Assembly (NCBI GenBank): GCA_026026165.1
Contig: JAPEUD010000098.1
Location: 62,001 to 85,871 of the forward strand
Source: Sarea resinae
Lineage: Eukaryota
Direction: 5' to 3'
DNA length: 23,871 bases
Each line of letters starts with the position of its first letter. Within the stretch, counting starts at the first letter, position 1. Of this stretch, positions 11,360-21,249 are shown piece after piece. The notes under the pieces are model-generated. The model saw nothing but the letters and a program-made list of their open reading frames with translations, was not told the origin of the DNA and did not search any database. A program made the translations under genes and the position numbers.

Positions 11360-13000
11360 AATCCCATTGATCACGAACACACCACGCTCGCTCGCTGTCT
11401 TACTCACGCTCGCTCACTATAGCTTTCGCGTCTCTCGTTCAGAAGCACCAGACAAGATATCATTATTTTAATTTACGATAGCCACCTTCAACTTCAAGCC
11501 AGCCAGCCAACCAGCCCTTCTTGCGCCTTCGATCGATCTTCTCGCGTCGGGGCCAGCGTCATTACGCATCTCCTCTAGAGACCTTCTTCATTCGGACGTC
11601 TTCTGCTCGGTACCTAGTAGGCATCGCTCGGCGATCCATTTCCATTCGTCGCACCGTTCGTGTGGAAAGCAAGAGGGCATCCGCTTTGGTCGCCTTCTGG
11701 GACGGTCATCTATCATATAATTACTCAGACCTCGATTTGCGACACAAGCAAGCCGTTGCCTGACCCCCAACGACGACGGAACGCATTACCGAAACCACCG
11801 CCTTCCTACCTGAGTACCATTTAGGAATACCCATTATCTCATCGGGCTATTGTTTGCATAGGTAACTTTCAGAAACGCCGGGGAGAAGCCTTCTAAGCCG
11901 AAGTCCATTACGCATTTCTCGCCTCTTGTGCGCCGCTTTGTGGGGTCACATTTGTTGTGGCTCACGAGGCAAGCCGTAGGTTAGGGATTTCGAGGTCAGC
12001 AGAGGTCATCCCTTGCAGATCTACCTGCACCTCACTTCCTAGCTCTGCCGTACACACCATTCCCGTCGAACACACTATCGCGCTTCGAGCCGTGCGAGAT
12101 CCTGCACTCAGCGGCAGATAACCCGATAAACCGATTTGTGAAAGACGCCTTTGTGTTCCAGGTGAGTCTACTCCTACCGTTCATGCAACCATGCGACGCC
12201 AAATTTCCGCCCATTGTGATACTCATTGATCGACCAGGCTGTTCTTCAAACCAATTTGTATTGTCGTTGTTTGGGCTACGTCGGCTTCCCGAGACCTTTT
12301 CAGTCAGCTCACGGCGACCTTGCCGTTAGTGGCAATCCAGGAAAGTCCGAGCTTCTTCCTCTGGCCGCGTGTATTAAGTGCTGGAATCGCGTCGATTCTT
12401 CGTCGTCCCCAGAGTTGGATAGAGTCATCTGCCATCTACTCCTTGGTTGAAGTCGTCGCTGGGGTTCGATAGGCAAGCTTTTTGCCTTCGGAATCGTCTT
12501 CTCGACCTCCATCCTTTACGGGCTGGTGGCTAGATGTAAACCTGGCGGTATTTCCTTTGCCATAATTTTCTTCCAACTACAGCCGACTCTCGTTGTTCGC
12601 CCTTACATTCGTTTCTTCTCTACCACCGATCAGTTGGTCCGCGCACCACGATTTCTAGCTTACATCACTACTTTACTCTCTTTCCTCTTATATCGGCGTT
12701 CAGCCTCAATACCGGCAAGCTGGACTCCCTCTATGATCAACGTCTTCAAGTGAGTTCATTTCCTCCCTCAGGAACGTGTTATTCATGCCAGTGACTCTGT
12801 TTGGCCTGCGAGCATATATAGTCTTCAATGGTACATGGCTGATACGTAATTAATCTTTCATGATGCAGGCTTCGGACTTAGGCATACCTTTCATATTAGA
12901 CGAGCAAAACGATCTGTCGGAATCGATAGATCTACGATACGGAGAATATAGCGAAGACGGCCTTCTGGCCAGGGCTGGCTTCCCGGCTGCGTTGCTTTCA
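11360..13000 (+). promoter_or_regulatory. Putative long spliced 5' leader of medA with uORFs and an in-frame non-AUG extension
   Basis: Only three ATGs in 11360-12732 (12183 and 12191 inside a putative intron 12162-12237; 12534 is ATG-TAA). Intron 12750-12868 (GTGAGT..GCTGAT..CAG). In-frame CTG at 12720. Spliced uORF 12733-12881. Confidence 0.6.
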
Positions 13001-15289
13001 ATGTCAGCCTACGGGAAGTCCCCTCAATCTCACATGTACGGTAAGTGAGGCTCATCTGACCGCTTTAGCACAGCCATATAAAGCTTAAAACGGCGCGGTC
13101 CGGTAAATCGCACGTGAGACTAGTCCTTGCTGACCGGCTCTTCGTACCAGACTTCGATGCCACCCGACCACTCCAAGAACCTACGTATGCCGCCGCACCG
13201 CCTCCGTTCGTCACGCATTTCCCTGGCCCGCAGCCTAGGGCGCCTCATGTGTCGGGCCCCGAGCAGCTGTCGCTCATGACTACGTCGCCCTATGTTCCCC
13301 GTTCTTCTTTTGTAGAAGAGTCCGAACCTTTCATCGACCTTCGAACTAGCCAGCTGCCTGAAGTAATATCTATTCACCCAACGACAGGGCCTCAAGGGAC
13401 CAAAGTTCGAGTTCTCGTCGAGTCCGTTTATGATCTCAGCTCGCAGCCACCGCTCTTTTTCTTGGTGATGTTTGGGTCACGGCGGTGCAACAGTGCTCTG
13501 ACCCGAGTCGACCATCAGAGTCTTTACAGCTACGTAGTAGCCGCAGAGGCGCCACCATTAAATACCACTGGCTGGGTCGAGACGACCGTTCCAATGTATC
13601 TGAAAATGGAGGACGAAAGGGGGGAGGACCTAGGTTCAACTGAGATCGGCAACTATTCGTATACAGACGGACTGTCCCAGCCGATTTATAATTCGACTCT
13701 GGACGCTTCGCGAAAAAGAAAGATCTCACTCGAGTCGGCCGAGTCGATAAAAACACCAGCAAAGCGGCCCTCCAACCAGCAACTACAAGCCAGGCCGAGT
13801 GAAGGATATAATTCGTATACCTTTTCTCAAAGTGGTGCAACACCATACTCTCCAAACCTTCAATCTGTGGCAAAAGGCACCTATACCTCTTCGTCAGGTT
13901 ACAACAGACCTTCGATAGATCCGAGTTATCAGCCGCAGCAATTCTCTCCTCGACAACTTTCATATCAATATCCTCCGGTTTCGTCAATGGTCCCGTCTGT
14001 CCCAGCCCGCTCACCAGCAAGCTCTCCTGCTTGGAGCTCATATTCGGCCCTCAGCCAAGCTGGACGAAGTCCCGGGCGAGTTGCTTCGACTGCGATGGCG
14101 CGTGGACCTGCATCAGCGCCATCCCCTCGGTCTGTTAATCCTCCCCTCATTCGAACGTCGACTCTACAGCATTCTCCTAGTCCTGCCACTACGCCGGCCG
14201 GGATCGCTCAGACCAGTCAAGCCTTCAACCCGTACGCAATGTACCCTCACAAGGCAATTTTGAAAATCGAGGGTGACCTTGATACGATGGCGGAGAACTG
14301 GAGTCGAGATGAATGGGATGCTAAACGGCGCCTGGTGCAATTTTCGCGCCAGCAGAACGGGAGTACCATCCAAACGTCATTCACGCCTATTTCACCCGAG
14401 GACCGTCCACCTAACAGTATCTGCATTAGCTGCATCTGGTGGGAAGATAAACAAGGGTGCTATGTCACCAGTGTTGATACTATCTATCTACTGGAATCTC
14501 TCGTGGCCGTCCGCTTTACGGTTGAGGAAAAGAATAGGATTCGCAGGAACCTCGAAGGCTTCAGGCCGCTCACAGTATCCAAAGCTAGATCCGATAGTGA
14601 GGATTTCTTCAAAGTCATCATGGGTTTTCCCAACCCTAAACCGCGGAACATCGAGAAGGACGTCAAGGTCTTCCCTTGGAAGATTCTTGCTCATGCTTTG
14701 AAGAAGATCATCGGCAAATACGTAAGTATTACTGTTCGACAAATCCATCTCAATACTAACGAGGCTCCAGTCCGCAAGCTACTCATCCACCGCCGGGGCC
14801 TTGCTCACCCCAATAAGCTCTACTGGGTATGCCAGTGGAGGACCATCCGACTCCGGCAACGACCACCGTGTGACAGCCTCCCCATGCTCCACTACGACAT
14901 CCATCTCCCCGGCGGCCTATGCCACCACTATGGCCTCAACGAATCTATCCCCGAAAGCGAGATCGTCAGCAGGGCATCAAGTAACAGTAGTCTCACGCGA
15001 TCTTCGCCCGTCGGTGGCCCCAGTACAAACATCTTCCAATCCCTGGGCACAACACCAACAATATTCACACTTACAACAACCCCAAAGTCTGCCTGAGCTG
15101 AACTTGCAAAATGCGAGTGGTCGGAGTTCGTGGGATTTTGGAGCCTATGTCAATACAAGCCCAACCGCATCCGCGGCTCCTGGGTCATCACAGTCTATCT
15201 TCTATCCACGCAGCTCTATCAGCGTCAAAAGGGAGTCATGTGCGGGCATGGACGATTATCCAGGAAGCCACCGGACTTCTCGTTCCTGA
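13001..15289 (+). CDS. medA: Medusa developmental transcriptional regulator (MedA / ACON-3 / Ren1 / Acr1 family), 709 aa from AUG 13001; possibly 763 aa from CUG 12720
   Basis: Exons 13001-13040, 13151-14721, 14771-15289 (introns GTAAGT..GCTGAC..CAG and GTAAGT..ACTAAC..CAG). Family-typical C-terminal block NPPLIRTSTL...KAILKIEGDLDTMAENWS..EW..KRRLVQF...CISCIWW...VTSVDTIYLLESLVAVRFTVEEKNRIRRNLEGFRPLTVSK...FFKVIMGFPNPKPRNIEKDVKVFPW..L.HALKKIIGKYSASYSSTAG. IPT/TIG-like segment PEVISIHPTTGPQGTKVRV. Confidence 0.93.
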
Positions 15290-16528
15290 GCGTTATAGCG
15301 GCGACCAAAAAGCCGTCGATCTTCGGGGTCATGCGGCCTAGCCGAGCTAGTCTTCGTCTGGGCAAACCTGACCCCCACCATACTAGCTTCTTCCACCCCA
15401 CCACAACCACCGATGCATTTAAATACATCTCTCGACAATACCCTTTAACATTGATATTCTCTGATTTCCTCATTAGTGTAGCATTTATCCGGGGTCTTTC
15501 TCGGCGCATGCATTTCTTCTGTAACTCGGAATCTCTTACACTGGGTCTTAATACCATAGCATATGAGGCGTTTACTGGATACACCTATTTAGGGCGCAAG
15601 CTAGGAGACCTGGAGATATGATTCACTGCATTTCCATTTGTTTGAGCGAAGCATTAATCGGCGTCGTATACCTCTTCCTATCAGTCTGTTCATCTGTACT
15701 TGCATATGCTCTACGAGGCGGCGTGGGTTCTTCATTGATCTACTTTTCTTTACTGTATTTGCATGGCCCCGGGGGAAGGGGGCCGGATTTGCGAGATCGG
15801 GATAATGTGAGGGAAACGGTTCCATTCGGGCACTTGCCCTTTGGGATGTATGCAAAGCACTGCTATATTTTCTATCGGTGATGCTTGCCAGCGCATCATC
15901 TATTAATCTTACGAGCTATACGATACGCGTGCCTTCAGTTCTCTGCGAGCGTCGAAATAGCATATATTAGTAGGTGCTCCGTACAATCCATAGTGATACA
16001 ATTCGATTGCCGCGTTCCATTTGCTTAGTTCCATTTGTTTACAGTGACGTCAATGGCTCGTTAAGCCAGAGCGCCCCGTGCAGGTGCCAGTGGCCGTCAC
16101 AGGCCGTGGGCGGCAGTAACCGCAAAGGGACAGTGATACGTTCCTTCGGTCTGCGAATCATGGCAGTTCCGCTCGGTAGCGCATGTGAAGCCTGGCGATC
16201 CCCGTACTTCGTACATACGGAGTAGTCGTAGTACTTCAGTACTCCAGGGCTCCTAGGCCGTTCCCAGTTTCTCGTCTCCTGCGGCGCGAAGGACACTTCC
16301 CTACTTCGTCACACGACTGCTTTCTCGCGGGACCGCCAACCTCACTCTCATCCTACACTACCCGATCGCAAATCTCGACCACCAACTCGTTCACTTCATC
16401 ACACCCTCTCGCCACATCCCCAAGTCTAACCTGTGAGTCTGATAAGATCAATCTCCCATTCTCGCTTTGACTGTCCGTCTCACAGTAACCAGCACAAATC
16501 TCGAAACCGCTTTCGTCATCGCTACACC

Positions 16529-17436
16529 ATGTCGTACGCTCAAGCTGCAGCTCGAGGACCAAAGCAATCCCCTGAAGATGTATGTCATCCCTCTGCTCCC
16601 CTTCGTGTTGGCTTCATGCAGTCCCCCATCATACTGACTTGTTTCCCAGGCGTGAGTCGGACCCCACTTGTGTTCTTTACAATTCTCAGCCCGTCAAACA
16701 TGTTCACCTTCTTTCACAAGTCCGTGTTTGTGTGATGATCCTACGGGTTGAAATGATGGATCCTGCCGGCATCTCCCGATGGAAGAATCCCAATGGTCAT
16801 CTACATATATATCCCTTTGATCTGCGATTCTTTTACACCGAATTGCCGTTTCCACTCAGCACCCGTCTCTTTTCAGCTTTCACTTCTGCACTCAGTGTCC
16901 AGTTCACCAGCTGACAGTCCTCCAGCCGTGCTCCTGCGCCGCCGGAAGTGAGCCACAGCGACGAGAGCACCGCATCTCTCATCGACGTTGACAGCCCTCA
17001 TGTCTCGAGCGTCCCATCCGACTTCGAGTCCCAAGAGATCAAGACTGATACCCAGGCGACACGGCTCGAACGTGAAGAGGAAGATGAAGCTAAGGCGGCC
17101 GAGCAGAAGCTAGCTGAGGGCAAGAAGAAGGCCAAGGGCAAGGGAAGCAAGGCCAGCCGGAAGATCCGCGAAAACGCCGACAACCCAGTCGTGATTGGAA
17201 ATGCCGTTTTGATTGCTGGACTGGGCGGAGCCCTTGGCTTTGGCGCGTACCGAAAGTATGCCGCGGGCCAGCTGACGTGGAAGCTTGCCGGTGCTTGGGC
17301 CGGCGTGGTGGGTTTGTTCGCTGCTGGCGACTTCTATCTCAGCCAGTACGTCTAGTCCCTAGTGGTTATCTGGTAGACAGGCAATGCTGATCCGATGAAC
17401 AGATATCTCTTCAAGAACAAATACCCCAAGAAATAG
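16529..17436 (+). CDS. Small membrane protein, mitochondrial outer membrane OM14-like, 168 aa
   Basis: Exons 16529-16579, 16650-16651 (2 nt), 16926-17345, 17403-17436. Protein MSYAQAAARGPKQSPEDARAPAPPEV...SLIDVDSPHVSSVPSDF...NPVVIGNAVLIAGLGGALGFGAY...AWAGVVGLFAAGDFYLSQYLFKNKYPKK*. Acidic-then-basic linker, two C-terminal hydrophobic segments and a basic tail. The OM14 assignment is from recall of the family pattern. Confidence 0.8.
16687..16808 (+). ncRNA. Candidate intronic box H/ACA snoRNA
   Basis: Stem CAGCCCGT (16687-94) / ACGGGTTG (16743-50), immediately followed by ANANNA box AAATGA (16751-56), a weaker second hairpin (16757-16802) and ACA at 16803-05. Located in the longest intron predicted in the window (274 nt). 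No target identified. Confidence 0.5.
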
Positions 17437-17764
17437 AGGTTGGTCTGAGTCTGGAAGTGTCGTCGAGGTCAGACGGCAGTCGAGGTGGTCTTTAGGCGAC
17501 GTTAGGCGGATCCCTTTGGCTCTCCGATTCATGTTTTCCTCGGTTGATTTCAAGTGTCTCCGGCTTTCTTGATTGTACCATCAGTCTACAGCTCGTGTCA
17601 TTCATGCCAGCGTTACATGCGTCTTGAAGATGAGACCGTTGATAGGATTTCTACTCATCATCATGAAAAGATTGAAACGATTGCAGTCCCTCACTCGCTC
17701 AGCTGCGGTCGTCTGTTGGTGAATCGAGCTCTATGAAGTACTCGGTCGAAGTAGAATGAGCCAA

Positions 17765-17821
17765 GGCACTGGGCACTGGGCACTGGGCACTGGGTACTTG
17801 GCACTTGGCCTGGGCACTTGG
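17765..17821 (+). repeat. Tandem 7-mer array (GGCACTG)4 plus ~4 degenerate copies
   Basis: Read directly. Confidence 0.9.
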
Positions 17822-18102
17822 TTGTACTGCGCAGTACCTCGAGGCACGACGATGGGTGGATCAAATACCTTGCGCAGTAGCTGGCGGGAGCCAAGACTTA
17901 GTAAGCGCGTCACTGGGACCTGGACACTCCGCATGTCCGTGGTGCGTGCCGAAGTGTCCGGTACCAGCTGACGTAGGGTAGGGAGCACTGCAGCCTCAGC
18001 GTTAGCCACAGCAGCTCTTCGCACCAGCCAAGTAGCCAGTTGCAAATAGCAGCGTAAGGTATGCTCCGTCAGATCCACGGCGATCGATCAACTCCGTGTG
18101 TT

Positions 18103-18151
18103 CAGTGTTCAGTGCCCAGTGTTCAGTGCCCAGTGTTCAGTGCCCTGTGTT
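18103..18151 (+). repeat. Tandem 7-mer array (CAGTGTT CAGTGCC)3 CTGTGTT, inverted relative to the 17765 array
   Basis: CAGTGCC is the reverse complement of GGCACTG. Confidence 0.9.
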
Positions 18152-18243
18152 ACTGTAGAGTACAAGCTTGTGAAAGCAAATGACCAGCCAACCAAGCGAC
18201 CAGCCAACCATCCATCCGTCCATCATCCATCACTCTTTGCAGG

Positions 18244-18283
18244 CCCAGCGACCCAGCGACCCAGCGACCCAGCGACCCAGCGA
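18244..18283 (+). repeat. Tandem 8-mer (CCCAGCGA)5
   Basis: Read directly, ~340 bp upstream of the CDS1 ATG. Confidence 0.92.
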
Positions 18284-18621
18284 CCCCAGTGGACACGAGC
18301 AGCCATCAATCTGTACTCGGTCTGTCATCCTGACCCTCAGGCACTGCTACTGCCGCAAAGGCACACACACTCCTTCTTCAGCTTCACCTTCAACCCTTGA
18401 CAACGCAATCGAATCGGTCACTGGTCCCTAGTCGGACTTGCGTCGTCACATCTTCACCGTTTCAATCGCTCCCTTACCTTCCCGTCACCTCACTCCTTCG
18501 CTTTCGCGTCTCTGCTTGCTTCTCGACGAGTCGCTGTCGGATCAACAATCTGGTCCGATCGATCGCTGGTATCGGACAACGCGCAGCTTGCGCATACCCT
18601 GCGCTCTCTTCTTCATCGAGC

Positions 18622-20285
18622 ATGGCCAAATCACGGAGAAATGTCAAATTCCAACACCGGGGAAACAACACGGTGGACGGGAGGAGACAGAGCTTCTCCG
18701 AGGTCAGCGAGGCCGCATCGGAGCCGGGCAGTCCCTCCAGGCATGGATCACACACAAAGGCCGAGGTATGCAGATAGCTTCCCCCTCCTCCAAGTCTGAA
18801 TGCATGCTGAGCTGTCTTGCTGCGTGAACATGACATCGCCCGAGCCGAAAGAGCCGTTGCTGACCGTGCCATGGACATTCTAGCACGATGCCCCTCCAGT
18901 CTCAGACTATGAGAAGAAGAAGGCAACCTTCATCACTCGCACGATATGGACCTTCATCATGATTGCTATCTTCTTCGGTGCTCTGTTTGCAGGGCACATC
19001 TACATGGTGGCTATCGTCACTGCCGTCCAGATCATCTCCTTCAAAGAAGTCATCGCCATCGCCAATGTTCCGAGTCGTGCAAGAAGACTCCGCTTTACCA
19101 AGAGCCTCAATTGGTACTTTTTGGCCACGACAATGTATTTCCTATACGGCGAGAGCGTCATCTACTACTTCAAGCATATTGTCCTGGTTGACAAGGTGCT
19201 CTTACCGTTCGCTACTCACCATCGATTCATCAGCTTCACACTCTACGATATTGGTGCGTCCATCGTTCCGCCCTCAGTCCATGTAGCCCTCGCTAACTAC
19301 ATTTTAATATTTGTGTAGGCTTCGTATTCTTCGTGGCCTCCTTGCAAAAAGGTCACTATCGATTCCAGTTTACGCAATTCGCCTGGACGCATATGGCGCT
19401 CTACCTTATCGTGGTCCAAGCACACTTCATCATGAACAACATCTTCGAAGGGATGATCTGGTTCTTCCTGCCAGCTGCTCTCGTCATCACCAATGATATC
19501 TTTGCCTACGTCTGCGGTATCACTTTCGGCCGCACGCCACTTATCAAGCTCTCTCCTAAGAAGACCGTTGAAGGCTTCATCGGAGCATGGGTCTTTACCG
19601 TCATTTTTGCCGTCGGCCTGACCCACTTCCTCAGCCAGTACAAATACTTCATCTGCCCTGTGAACGTAAGCCAGTCCTCACATCCCTTTCACGTCCTTTG
19701 CGGAAGCACTCTTTACTTACCTTATTCCATAGGACCTGGGAGCCAACATCATTTCCGGCTTACAATGTACTCCCAATCCCGTCTTCATTCCTCATACATA
19801 CCACCTCCCCGCCTTCACCCAGTACATTCCGTGGGCCCACCTCCCCCCAACTCTCAGCATCGCCCCGATCCAATTCCACATGCTCATTTTCGCGTCCTTT
19901 GCCTCTCTCATCGCCCCCTTTGGCGGATTCTTCGCTTCGGGCCTCAAGCGTACCTTCAAAGTCAAGGACTTCGGCGAGTCCATTCCAGGGCATGGTGGCA
20001 TCACCGATCGAATGGATTGCCAATTCATCATGGGATTTTTCGCCTACATGTACTATCATAGCTTCATTGCGGTCTACAAGACGAGTGTGGGTGGGGTGAT
20101 CGAAGGTGCGATTACCGGGTTGAGTCCGGAAGAGCAGTTGGAGGTTGTGAAGGGGCTGAGCAGATACCTGTACAACCAGGGTATCGTTTCTGAGAGGGTT
20201 AGTTTGTTCTTACATATATGAGTATTACCTTCAAGCTTACCATTTCTAGGTTCTCGACTGCATCACGACGGAGATCAAGAGATGA
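18622..20285 (+). CDS. CDS1: Phosphatidate cytidylyltransferase (CDP-diacylglycerol synthase), 453 aa
   Basis: Exons 18622-18765, 18884-19253, 19319-19665, 19733-20197, 20250-20285 (1362 nt). Motifs NDIFAYVCGITFGRTPLIKLSPKKTVEGFIGA and FASGLKRTFKVKDFGESIPGHGGITDRMDCQ; multiple hydrophobic segments. Confidence 0.96.
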
Positions 20286-21249
20286 TATATTCTCCAGACT
20301 GTCTTCTAGCATCTGGAAGGATGGGGTTGGCCCCCCCGTTCCGGATTCTCTCCGTCCATCCCGGACCTTTTCTTCATCCACTTTTACTTTTCCCTTTCTA
20401 TCTATCCCCTTCAAAGGTTTATATTCCATCTCTATCGACATCAGCTTTCTTGTGTCAATACCCTCTTCTTTCTTGATTCTTTCCTCATCCTCCTTGCTGT
20501 TCCACTTGGTCCACCTCGCCCTCTATTCCTCTTTCCCAAAATTTACCCTGCGCCCTACTCCCCCCTGCCTCCTCTATGGTTGTCACATTTCATCACAAAT
20601 GTCCTGATGGGAATGGCCATTAGTCTCGTATTGTGGTGTTCTTCACGGCGGTGAATATACGGTACTAGCCAACTCGTAAGCAAACTATTTTCAGTGCAGG
20701 AACGATATGATGAGGGACGAGAGCGACACCCTCAGCCTGCGAGCGAGGGACGATGACTCCGGAGGCGAGAAATGAATAGACATCCGTAAAAGTACTCTTG
20801 CAAGTCGATCAATGTCGTGGTTGAATGTCAGGACTTTGTGATCTGGAACCTTGTGCTCATCGTAGGTCACATTTCTGTACGAGATGTGTCCTTTGGTATT
20901 CAGGAGCTATAGCCTCCAGCTACCGTCCAGTAGGTCTCCCATTAGACGCATCTGCTCGTTCCGAGCCCAAATGAAATATACCTACTGCACGCACAGAAGA
21001 TTCACCGATGGACGTTGTCGACAACTTCGAGCCCAAATTTGAAAATGAACGTTCGGGTTTCGCTTCGGATGTAGCTGCTCATGCCGCTAGTGCAACGTCA
21101 GACTTGCCGTCCTCTCAGGTATCGTCTTAAGCTACTATACCTTGCCTGACAGTCGATGGCATTGCCCAAGTGGCCACTGATCCTCAAGATGCGATACGAT
21201 TCCGCAAACGTGGACAAACCAACTTCATGAACTCGATCACTTCGGCATA

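Noticed and set aside
7500..12400. Scattered AbaA (CATTCY) and StuA/MCB-like (WCGCGW) matches upstream of medA
   Set aside because: Short motifs at roughly chance frequency; not supportable without conservation data.
12822..12830. Possible 9-nt microexon (TAG|TCTTCAATG|GTACAT) or stwintron linking AUG 12733 to the medA frame
   Set aside because: Nine nt does not change phase, the downstream intron would be only 38 nt, and no split-donor pattern is present. AUG 12733 stays out of frame.
13114..13150. GTG start of the 660-aa medA ORF in the ORF track
   Set aside because: Lies inside intron 13041-13150, which has a clear branch site and acceptor.
16757..16768. GATCCTGCC match to the 5' end of 18S rRNA
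   Set aside because: Only 9 nt and in sense orientation; not an rRNA fragment and not usable as an antisense guide.
17765..18283. CRISPR-like or telomeric interpretation of the short arrays
   Set aside because: Eukaryotic context, no unique spacers, 7-8 bp units unlike TTAGGG; simple minisatellites.
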